NCBI GenBank assembly: GCA_009103225.1
Contig: RHPI01003169.1
Span: 228,006 to 280,303 of the forward strand
DNA length: 52,298 bases
Origin: Chlorokybus atmophyticus
Taxonomy: Eukaryota > Plantae > Mesostigma and Chlorokybus algae
Direction of reading: 5' to 3'
Part shown: positions 9,161-20,127 of the stretch, one piece after another
Numbering within the stretch: the first letter of the stretch is position 1
How the letters are laid out: every line of letters starts with the position of its first letter
Program-made: the position numbers and the translations under genes
The notes under the pieces: generated by a model
What the model was told of the DNA's origin: nothing
The model's database searches: none
Seen by the model: only the letters and a program-made list of their open reading frames with translations

Positions 9161-9865
9161 TTGTGTTCAATGAGCAAAACAATTCAACGCAACGCATCAT
9201 TATATGATAGAATTTTGCGTTGCGCAAAAGTCGATCTATTCAACCCGTATTATACGTAAAGAGTGGCTTCGCCGTTACGTCGCGGTTTGTGGATAAAATT
9301 GACGTATGAACTACAACGTAGCGACATTAAATGTGCAATTGCTAAGTACAATGTCAAAAGCATCTTGAGCCGCCACGAGCAACGACGAACGGGAAACAAC
9401 GGATACAAAGCCGCGGGCATTTGCGGCATAACGTCGTAGTTACAATTTGGAGCGCAGTCTAAAACGCGCGTTTTTATTGGTACGAGGTTGAGTGCCCCCC
9501 ATACCCTCAAAGAATCTTGTAACAAATCATGATAACTGCCATTCTACAGGGCTCATCATATTGCAATCTATCGCTTTCTTAATCAATTCGTTTGGGCAAC
9601 GGGCTATGCATCAGCTAAATCAACCCCAAAGGCAACATGGATAGCTGATTTATACATCCATAACTATACAGTACAACGTTTATACGATATGAGAGACATG
9701 CAAATTGGCTATCCAATTCACAAAGCACACCACTACACCTGCAGCAATAGGCACAAGCACTTGTGTATGTCACACAAGGGTCGCTGGTCTTATGGCATCA
9801 TACTACAACAATTATAAAATAATGTACAAAAGTTACCGATCATAATAATTAACTTAAGAGTATGT

Positions 9866-10809
9866 TGTAACGCGGCTAGTTATACTCCAAGTCAAGTGCT
9901 TAGGAAATCACATGTGTGTATATGTCAGTGTGCAAACATACATATCACAAGTTGACAACAAGCATATGTGCTTGTTGCCAACAATGTGTTGGTCAAGTAG
10001 TTGTAAATTACTTGACTAGTGTTTAATCACAAAGTACCGCATGTTTGCGGTACTGGTAGTGCGACAATTCCCGCCGCACATTTGCGGTACCTGAGTTGGG
10101 AGCCGCGGCGTGACTGCCGCGCGCAACTCGCCGGGCTCGACGACGCGCTATTAGACAGTGGCGGGCTTAGCCGCTACGCCACAGCCAAGAAGGCTCTAGA
10201 ATAAATCGAGAACAATCAGTAGTTGTGCACTAGTTGTCTCTCGAATGTGTGTCTTATGTGGCCATATATTGTGGCACAAGATACATAAGACAAACTCATG
10301 AGATATTCTAGCAATCTCGGTGGTTGATTATACCCAAGGATGAAAAACTCTTGAAGATGATTGGTGTGAATAAATAATAGGTGATGTGAGATTACATACC
10401 ACAAGTTGGATGGCCGCCTTTGATTACACTAGGCTCCGAGCGAGGCACCATTGGTGGATACACCCACCTAACCTTGAGGAGTAGATAAGCCACAAGAGTA
10501 TATAAGTGAGCTAGCATGAGAGGTAAAGGCATTGGTGCTTGGTTGGTGGCATTGCCTTGGTGTGCGCGCTCGCGTGGGTCATTCTTATGGGGTGTTCGGG
10601 TGCGAGGCCATTCAAGGGGGTGCCAAGCTTCTTCAACCTGAAGATGTGTTGCTTGTCCTCGTGTAACACTTGTGTGTGAGTGTGTTCACATGGAGGGCGT
10701 GCTTACACTTGTGTATGAGAGTGTATGCACTGTGTGAGTGCGTGCACAAGGTACAGTGCATAACCTTCTTAGGTGAGAGCTAAGTGCTCAAACATAGGGT
10801 GGCGTTACA
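9866..10809 (+). repeat. Putative 5' LTR of D
   Basis: The right end GCGTTACA precedes the PBS. The left end is chosen from the matching inverted 8-mer TGTAACGC. A TATA-like TATATAAG lies near 10500. No second LTR is available to confirm. Confidence 0.5.
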
Positions 10810-10810
10810 T

Positions 10811-10822
10811 TGGTATCGGAGC
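10811..10822 (+). promoter_or_regulatory. Primer-binding site (tRNAiMet) of D
   Basis: TGGTATCGGAGC one base after ...TTACA. Confidence 0.9.
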
Positions 10823-10914
10823 TAAGGCTGAGATTATGGGGAACCTTTGAGTTTGTGGGCCTATCTAGAGTTGCTTGAAGGTCACTCATTGAAGTTTGTG
10901 TGTGCTAGGGCACT

Positions 10915-11658
10915 ATGGCGGAAGCTAGCCCCAACTCGGGCAATGTGGCTCAACGCATCCTCGCCGCTCAATTTATGAACTTGAGTGGAGGGACGCCGGA
11001 GGGAGCGGCGCATTACCCCATAAAAGCGGCACCGTTGACCAAGCCATCATTTGATGAGTTGAACACCTCAGGGAAGGCCACGTTCAATAACATCGCTATG
11101 GGCACGGTGGCGCAAAAGGCCGAGGGGTTCAAGACGCTTGTGTATTTGCTCGCGAGGGAGCAAGTACGCATGCATTGCTTGGAGCTTTGGGAGGGGGCTA
11201 TGAGACATATGGCGCTGCATGACTCACTCCTTGTGCGTGTGGGTAGGCTCGAGGACAACATATTGGAGCTCGAAAAAGACCTCTCCACATGGCGCGTCAA
11301 AGTTGGGGCGCAAGAGGAGGCTCTCAAGCATCTCAACAACACGAGCCGGTTGGTGAACAAGCCCAAGACCTTCTCCGGCGAGAAGGGGCAAAGCATTGAC
11401 GTATGGTTGCAACAAATGGAGGCGTACTTGTCAAGCACGCCGACCTCGGAGTGGGTCAAGGTGGGGATGGCATTCTTGGAGGCCGATCCGCTCACCATTT
11501 GGTACCATGCTCAAGGCCCACTAACCGAGGAGCTCAAGTATAGTTGGATGCACTTCAAGAAGGCGTTGTGAGACCAGTACCTTCCCATTGACCCCGTGCA
11601 AGATGCACGCGACGAGCTTGAAGAACTTAAGATGTCGGGATTGGCAGAGGAGTATGCA
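10915..11658 (+). pseudogene. gag: gag of D, 5' part (interrupted by C)
   Basis: KPKTFSGEKGQSIDVWLQQMEAYL..W..FKKAL; it resumes after C as AEEYA|RRFKLLVAKIR. Confidence 0.85.
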
Positions 11659-12327
11659 TGTGACGGTGCTCGTGCCTTGTCACCTCTGAGTTAGTCCAAT
11701 CAACAACCCTCTCACCAAGACACGGTATTCACACCGGAACCTTGCCCACTCTGCCAAGCACACACGCGCCCCCCGCCACTCGCGTACGCACGCGCATGCG
11801 TTCGAAGCTACACACCGACTTGTGTAGTGCCTTGGATCGTCACACAAACGAGCACACACCAGTGGACACACGCTAGCAACCCCTTCCAAACCACCACCAA
11901 GCTTGTGCACCCGAAACTAGGGAGCTAAAGTTTGTATTGCACATTGTAGAATGTCGCTGTTATACCTCCCAATCTCGCACATGCTACTGTCTAGACGGTT
12001 CCTGTGCTACACAAAACTACATGGTAAGATGTTATTGCACAACCTTATAATATACTTAGACCTTTTTTACGCACCAAAGATCTCCTGATTAGGTGCTCAT
12101 ATGGTCCAGTTATACTACTTGGCGCCAGGCCCTTTCAGAAATCTGGTCGAGCCCTTCTCGACTGGGCCTCCGTTTTCTGGCACCTTCTGGACTAGTCCTG
12201 CCCCTCGGTCGATATCCGCGGCAGACTCATAACTCGCAGATATCTGCCACAAGTCATGAAAACGTGGTGCTCGATAAATGGGCCAAAAAAGGTCTTAAAA
12301 TCATGAAACTTGGCCTCGACTGTTACA
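11659..12327 (-). repeat. 3' LTR of C
   Basis: Homologous to 18600-19265, 22670-23338 and 36887-37558; adjacent to a polypurine tract. Confidence 0.95.
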
Positions 12328-12339
12328 CTCCTCCCCCCC

Positions 12340-14375
12340 TGGGTGAGCTTTCTCCTCGAAGCTCTCGAGGATTCTCCAGTCGTTGTTGCAAATACTACTG
12401 CAGGATATGTTGTGCAAACGCCAAGTGTGCCTCCGGTTCTCAAGTGGCTTCATGCATCGGGTAGCCTTTCCACTTCACCAAATATTTGTGCACGTTGCGC
12501 ACCATCTTCTCACCCTATATGTCCTCCACTTCGTATTCCATATGACTTTCTGTAGCCAACTCAGGCGGTGGACGCAATGGTGGCTCTCCTCGATATGATT
12601 TCAGCAGGGATATGTGAAAGACAGGGTGGATGTGCAAAGAGTCGGGCAGTTGCAATTTGTACGCCACGTTCAAAACCACTTTTATGACATGAAATGGCCC
12701 AAGCCAGCGCTCACTTAAGCTGCGAACTCCAGCACGCACCCATAAGTTCCTCGCTAAAAGCAATACCATGTTACTTTCTCTAAATGTGACATGTCGGCAA
12801 TGCGCGTCTGCGTACTGGTTTTGCCTATTTTGTGCCACCAATACCGCCTCTCTCGCTGCATTGCTGATGTCCACACACGTTGCAAGAAAATTGCTTACTG
12901 CTTCCACATCAACGTCACTTTGTCGCGGGGTCCACGCCGTCAGCGGTGTCAGCGGGTGTTGGCCGTAGTTCATGAGAAAGGGGATGACACCCGTGCTTGC
13001 ATTGGTGTGGTTGTTAATGGCAAATTCCACCACTTCCAGCGACTCCGCCCAGTTGTCTTGCCGTGCATTTACGTAGCAGCACAACATACTTTCAATCACA
13101 CGGTTGGCTCGCTCCGTTTGGCCATCAGTTTGGGGGTGGAAAGCCGTGTTAAATTGTAAGGTAGTACCCAATACACTGTGCATTGCAGTATGCACCATGC
13201 AGCGCCTCCCAAAATTTACTTGTAAAGCGAGGATTGCGATCGCTCACAATGCTTCGTGGTAGTTCGTGGAAACGAAAAACATGCTTTATAAATAAGCTTG
13301 CTGCCTTCGGTGCCGTGCAACACTCACAACACGATGCGAAGCATACCATTGTGCTGGTTTTGTCTATGAACGCGAGTATTGCGTCGTACCCTGCTGTTGT
13401 CTTCGGCAGTCCCGTAATCAAGTACATGGTAACTTGCTCGCGCTTGGACAATGGCACGGGAAGAGGTTGTAGCAACCCACCTGGCTTTTGGTTGCTTGCT
13501 TTCACCCTTTGATATGCGTCGCACAACGCCACATAGACGCGTACATCACGATGCATCTCCCGCCAGTAACAGCGTTGTTTCAAGCTTGCCAATGTCCTCT
13601 CCACTCCTTGGTGGCCAGCAATGGGTACGTCATGAGCTTCCTTTAGAAGTTGAACACGTATATGTGCGACATTGGGCATGTACAAGATGCCATAGTAGGC
13701 CGTCTTGCTTTGTCCAATGTCCACTTGTGTCCGTTGCTGTGCTCTCCATGTCCCGCAAGACTCTCCTACCCTTTGTGTCTTTGCAAAGCACTTGTCGGAT
13801 CTAGTCGGCCCACTCCGGTTGCACTTGAGCTTGTGCTTCAACCGGCTTAGAGCGTCGGCCACACTATTAGACCTGCCGGGCTTGTACTTGATCTTAAAGT
13901 TAAAAAGTTGAAAGAACTCCAACCACCGCGCTTGTCTCCAGCTCAAATGTGGTTGTGTCTGTAAGTACCTCGATGGGGAATGGTCCGTCTCCAGCACAAA
14001 CCTTTTGCCCTCAAGAAAGCATCGCCATTGTCGCAGCGCCATCACTTGCGCCAATAGCTCCTTCTTGTGCACAGGGTAGTTCAGCTCTGCTTCACTCAAT
14101 TTCTGACTAAAGAACGCTACAGGTTGAAGACCCATGCCTTGGTCTTGCTGTAACACAGCTCCCACAGCTGTGTCGGATGCGTCACAAGCCAAAGTGAAGG
14201 GTTCGACCATGTCGGGGTGAGACAAGACGGGTGCCTCTATCAATGCCTTCTTCAACGCAGCAAATGCATGCTCTTCCTTAATAGACCAGCTCCATGACTT
14301 CCCTTTCTTGAGTAGGGTGGTCAATGGGGCCGCAACGCGCAAAAATCCCATAACAAACTTGCGATACTACCCAGC
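12340..14375 (-). pseudogene. pol: pol of C, 3' part: RT end, RNase H, integrase, chromodomain (stops and frameshifts)
   Basis: ACDASDTAVGAVLQQ, ETDHSP, HDVPIAGHQGVERT, FHPQTDGQTERAN, WLGPF, EYEVEDI..YLVKWKGYP. Confidence 0.93.
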
Positions 14376-14378
14376 AAG

Positions 14379-15824
14379 CACCGGTAGAAATGGGTTTCGG
14401 CAAGTCAGGCTGGGTCCGCAACTTTGTAACGGACGGAGCCGGACATATATTGCGGATTTTATAAACTTCACGGCGGATTCGTATATATGTTATAATTGTA
14501 GCCAAGATATTGTTGCAACATGTCACAAACGGCACTCTGCCGCTGACAATCATAAGCACCGAATCCTCAACAACATTAAGCATTCGGCGGTGACGTAATT
14601 AAGGTTTAGGTCGTGAGAAAGCCATGTGTACATCGTGATTACGGTTGTAACCAAATCATTAACAATGCGACTATACTCCCCGACGCAATTGAGAATGCGG
14701 CGACAGTATAAAAATGCATTGATGCTGCATGCTAAAGCTATACACATCATCATGTACGTAGTGATCGATTCCATTAATAGTACATTAATGTACACTTAAC
14801 AAGGTGTGTGTTATGATCATAATTTTGCATTGGTACACACCCCAATGATTTCAAGACCTCATCATTGCAAAGATTAACCCCGCGGCCTATCCATGGCTTG
14901 CCCCGCGCCTGCTACTAGCAAGCTGCGGGGCAAGCAAGTACATGTAGAAGGCTGCTACTTGCATGTGTTATGACTAGTCCTAGCACATGAGTTAAAGACT
15001 TCCCCAACTCACCGCAAACAACCTTGCCAAAACAGGTGACGCAGGGAACTTAATGCAAACAGCTGCCAGTTATAAAGCGCTGCGATTGAACGGGACGGCA
15101 GGTCTAACACGTTCTTCATCCTCAAGTCATCTACATTCTCGTAATTTCCTTCATGATACGTATTAAGAATGAAAACACATGTACAAGTTATATACATAAA
15201 CGGCTACCGGCTTATAAATGTATATTGTATATACATACGTATATGTACATATATACATATATATGTATAACCACTATATCCATGCATGTAATCCATTCAA
15301 CAATTCTTGCGGCACGTAAGACAATTGAGGCAGTTTACAAAGGTCATAACAGTTACACTTGCCATGCTACGTGCCTTGTATTGTTGTAGTCTAGTTGGTC
15401 AAGGTTTAGGTCGTTGCTTGCACGCCTTGACAGGCGCATCCGCACAGGTTCGAAACCCGGCGACATGGTCGCAAATCCCGCTGCGTTGCGACTTTTTGGG
15501 TTTTTGGGTTTGCCGCGAACTGCAGCCATAACATATTGGGGTTACATCACGCATTAAGTTTGATCCCCTTAATTCATGACCTAACCAAAAGATCGTACAG
15601 GATGTGGACATAATTAATTTCAAGAAAAGACGGCTATCGATTTTAATGCACACCAACTACTTGACCTTAATGGCAGCCAAATACCAAACTAAGTTGTGGC
15701 TGCAGCAGGTAAAATTGCAAAATCCAATACGTTGCTTACATGCGGATCCCTAATTAAGTTATAGCTAGATCTCCATTGAAGTTAAGGGCAAGGCCGAACT
15801 GTTGGGGGGGCATTTCTACCGGTG
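14379..15824. mobile_element. 1446-bp non-autonomous DNA transposon, CACCG termini (CACTA/CMC-like)
   Basis: Perfect 14-bp TIR CACCGGTAGAAATG (14379-14392, 15811-15824) and 3-bp TSD AAG. Removing it restores the RT sequence of C. No credible ORF. Confidence 0.9.
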
Positions 15825-15827
15825 AAG

Positions 15828-17500
15828 GTCCAAGAACGACATTACCTCCTTCACGTTGGTCGGGGCAGACCATTCGCGCACCACTTGTTAGGGTCCGGCT
15901 TGGTCCCTTCATGTGACACAATGTGGCCCAGGTACTCCACCTCGCGTAGCAGAAACTTGCACTTATATAGCTGAGCGTACAACTTGTGCTCGCGTAAATG
16001 CTGCAACACGCGCCGTAGAAGACTCACATGCTTGTCCCTCGTTTTCGAGTAAACTAAAATGTCGTCGAGGTACACGAGGACTCCATTACCCAGCAAGTCA
16101 GCAAAAACGCTGTTCATCAACGTCTGAAATGTCGCTAGCGTGTTCGTAAGCCCAAACGACATCACTAATCACTCATAAAGTCCATCGCGCGTGTTGAATG
16201 CTGTCTTCTCCAGGTCCTCAGGTGCGATGCGGATCCAATGATAATCCAGCAAGATCAAGTGTGATAAAGTACTGCGTACCTTGTAGCTGCTCTAGCAACT
16301 CGTCAATACGCAGTAGTGGAAAGCAATTTTTCTTTGTAATGGTGTTGAGCGCTCGGTAGGCAATGCACATACGCAGGCTCCCGTTCTTCTTTCGCACGAA
16401 CGGTATTGGTGCACCATAAGGTGACTTACTTGGCCGGATGTAACCTCTCTTTGGAAGATCCGCTTTTTGCTTCTCGGCCTCCTCCAACTCCCGAGGTAAC
16501 AAGTTATATACAGGCCTGTAGGGTGGCTTGTGCACGCCCTCAATCAACCCCACACGGTGATCGACGCTCCGTGAGGGTGGTTGACCAGCTGGAAGTCCAT
16601 CGACAATGATATCTCGATAGTCCTGAAGAAGTTTGCACACCTTGGGGTCTATCGTGGCTGTCTCAGTGCAGTCACTCAGCTTCGGTGCTGACTTTGATGT
16701 GCTCTGACGCACCACGCACAACCATGCAGCCTTCGCTTTTGTGGGGATAGCAGCCTCCTCAAGTGCACATAGAAAACTTGAGCAATGCTAATCCCACCTG
16801 ATTACGCGTGCCGTGCCTTTTCGGTGCTTGTATCCCCTTGCAGGTGCTCAACACACGTGCGCATACTTGCCTTAGCGACGTCCAACGCAGCTATGACAAA
16901 GCCCTTCTTGCTTTCCTCGCAAGAGTGGTCTTCTACATCGATGGAGCACGCGCGTAGACCTTGAATGGACTCTCCATCGTTTCCCTTGATGGTGAGCACA
17001 CGCTTCCTCTAATTAATAGATGGGTTATGTTGCCACAGCCACGATAGTCCCCAAATTCCATCAAACCCGTGCCGTAGGGTGATGCAGCAGAGACGCATAT
17101 TCTCCTTCAACTTCCCCATGTGAACACACAACTCCTTGGTTGGAAACGCAGCACCGGTACCTCCAGAGGGTGGTTCCCCATCAGCGAGTTTCACTTCTCT
17201 TCCTCGTAATGGTGAAAGCCAACGGTAGCGCCGTGCAACCTCCTCACTCATGAAGTTGCTGTTTGCTCCACTATCAACCATCAGGTTGCACTCCCTCCAT
17301 TGTCCTCGGTCATCATCAATGCGTGCTTGAAAGCCCAACGTACTTTGTTCCCTCCTCGCTTGCGTAACTTACCACCATGAGCGTGTTCATAGCCACCTCC
17401 ATTTTCTTCCTTCGTTGCGATATCACAATCTTCATTTGTGCGTGAGGCTCCCCCTCATCCCCAGCGATAGCCTCCTTACCTACTGGGGGGAGTCGTTTCC
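15828..17500 (-). pseudogene. pol: pol of C, 5' part: protease and RT (frameshifted)
   Basis: [58 protein letters not shown]. Confidence 0.93.
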
Positions 17501-18490
17501 CTGATCCTTCACGCCATCTTCCTACATTGCATTGATGTGTCGAGCGCGATATATGTTGCCAGCTGATGCAGACGTTTGCGTGCGCCGCTTCGAGCAATTG
17601 AACGCGAAATGTCTTGTCGAACCGCACACGTAACACTTGCGCACGCTGCTACCTGCCTTTCCACGTCCACCATGCTTCGCCACGCCGTTCCGCGTGTGTA
17701 CGGCACCCACCTCCATTGGTGCTGGTCCAAAATCAGCCCTCCACCTTCCTTTGCAAGTTGTGAACATGGTTCCCTTCGTGTCCATGCATGTTGAGAGCTT
17801 CCCTTAGATTGATCACCACGCTCTTGCTTGCTCCCACGCCTCCAGTCAGCGTTTGTTGCAGAAGGTTCGAAGTACAACACGTCGAGACGCTCCGCGATGC
17901 GTATAGCTTCCGCCAAAGTTTTAGGGTCCCGTAACTCCACTTCTTTGCGTCCCAAAGGTTTTAAACCACGTGTGTACCAGTCCAATTGCTCTTCCTCGAT
18001 CATGTTGGGATAGACATCACCAAACGCTAAAACGTAGCCGTGTACGCCGTCACCGACCCCGTTTGCACAAGCGCTGCAATTTTATCGCGTGCGGCCTTCA
18101 CACTCTCCACGGGAACAAATTGATGCCTGATCTCCAAAGCCAACTCTTCCATAGAGGTAATGGTAGCGCCAACCCACTTGCAACACGCGTACAACGATGT
18201 CTCCACCTTTAAGCAATGTCGCTGCAACCTCCACGTGCAGATGCGTAGGCACCTCCGCGAGCTTCAACCAAGACGATACTTGAAAAATCCATTCGTTTAT
18301 TGCATCTCCATCACGTTGACCTTTGAATGCCTTGGGCTTTGAAACCTTCACATGCACGCGCGAGCTTGATGCCAGGGGAACTTGTACACGCGCCATCGCA
18401 TGCTCATACGCCTCATGTTGTGCTTGTGCCGCCGCTTGAGTGTGATGAAGCTCTTCCCTCGATGCTAAGGTGGCAGCTTGAAGCTCTTCC
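17480..18490 (-). pseudogene. gag: gag of C (frameshifted) with CCHC knuckle
   Basis: HVKVSKPKAFKGQRDGD, EEQLDWYTRGLKP, CYVCGSTRHFAFNC. Confidence 0.9.
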
Positions 18491-18599
18491 ATGCGAGCAT
18501 CCTTTATCTTCACTAACACTACACTCCGGTTCCGAATGAAAAGTGTAAACGCCCACACACTTCATCTCTCACTTTCGTAAACCACGCTCCAATACCGGT

Positions 18600-19265
18600 T
18601 GTGACGTTGCTCGTGCCTTGTCACCTGTGAGTTGGTCGAATCAACAACCCTCTCACCAAGACACGGTATTCACCGGAACCTTGCCCCCTCTGCCAAGCAC
18701 ACATGCGCGCCCCGCCACTCGCATATGCACGCGCATGCGCTCGCAGCTACACACCGACTTGTGTAGCGCCTTCAATTGTCACACAAGCAAGCACACACCA
18801 GTGGACACATGCTAGCAACCCATGCTAACCGCCACCAAGCTTGCACACAAGAAACTAGAGAGCTAAAGGTTGTATTGCACATCGTAGATTGTCGCTTTTA
18901 TACGCACCAGTTTGCACATGCTACTGTCTAGACGATTCCCGTGCTACACAAAACTACATGGTAAGATGTTATTGCACAACCTTGTAGTATACTTAGACCT
19001 TTCTTACGCACCAAAGATCTCCTGATTAGGTGCTCATATGGTCAAGTTATACTACTTGGCGCCAGGCCCTTCAAGAAATCTGGTCGAGCCCTTCTCGACT
19101 GGGCCTCCGTTTTCTGGCACCTTCCGGACTGGTCTTGGGGCCCCGGTCAATATCCGCGGCAGACTCATAACTCGCCGATATCTGCCACAAGTCATGAAAA
19201 CGTGGTGCTCGGTAGATGGGCCAAAGAAGGTCCTAAAATCATTAAACTTGGCCTCGATTGTTACA
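18600..19265 (-). repeat. 5' LTR of C
   Basis: Homologous to 11659-12327 with scattered mismatches; followed on the minus strand by a degenerate PBS. Confidence 0.95.
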
Positions 19266-19270
19266 ATGCA

Positions 19271-19770
19271 CGCCGCTTCAAACTCCTCGTGGCCAAGATC
19301 CGTGCGAGAGGAGGTCAAATGAGTAGCTGCAAGATGGTGCACAAGTTCAAGCGTGGACTCAACACCAAGCTACAAGGCATGCAAACGGTGTATCAAAACA
19401 TCAAGACCGGCAAGCCATGAGAAGGGGCGGAGTTTGACCTCCTCGAAGCGGCTACTTTGGAAGCAATGAGGGCACTCAACACCGTAAAGGAGAGGGAGAG
19501 AGGAGGGAGAGATCCTACTCCTCGCGGCGATGGCTCGAAGAAGAGCAAGTTCGTCAAGGGCAAAGGCAAGGGTAAGGAGCCCTTCAAACCCATCGGCCAC
19601 TCCAAGTCAGAGGGCAAGGAGCCGGCCAAGTAGAAGGAGAACTACATCCCCCTCAATCTCTCCATGGACAAGTAGGCCAAGCCTCTCATGGAGGGCAAGT
19701 GTCTCTTTTGCAAGAAGCCCGGTCACCGTCTCGCGATATGCCCCGACAAACCTAGCACTAATAGATAGGA
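19271..19770 (+). pseudogene. gag: gag of D, 3' part with zinc knuckle
   Basis: RRFKLLVAKIR..HKFKRGLN; GKCLFCKKPGHRLAICP. Confidence 0.85.
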
Positions 19771-20127
19771 ATTCGGGGTGGCTAAGGTAGGAGCAGCAGC
19801 TACAAAGACACCATGTGTTGGCTTAATGGATAAGTTTCCATTTGCTTGTGATGTAGCTTTGGACTTGAAATGCATGGGATTGCATGCGATAAGTGAGGTG
19901 AATGAAGCGCACGCAAATGTTCTCGTGTATGTGCCTCCTTGCAAGTTAAGTTAAGTGTTACTAAAAACGACCATACAAAAGTACTTAGATCACAAGCGTG
20001 ATAACCCGAGCACGAGAGCAATTGTTCTCACGCCGATATTCAAGGGCACTTGGTCGGCAATGCTAAAGACCTTCGTAAGATACAAGGTCTTGTCCAAGGA
20101 AGGAAAGGGCACTAACACTCACTAATC

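Larger units (their letters stand above)
11659..19265 (-). mobile_element. Full-length decayed chromovirus C with two LTRs and 5-bp TSD ATGCA
   Basis: LTRs 11659-12327 and 18600-19265 (TGT..ACA). PPT 12328-12342. Degenerate PBS 18586-18597. TSD ATGCA at 11654-11658 and 19266-19270. Confidence 0.95.
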
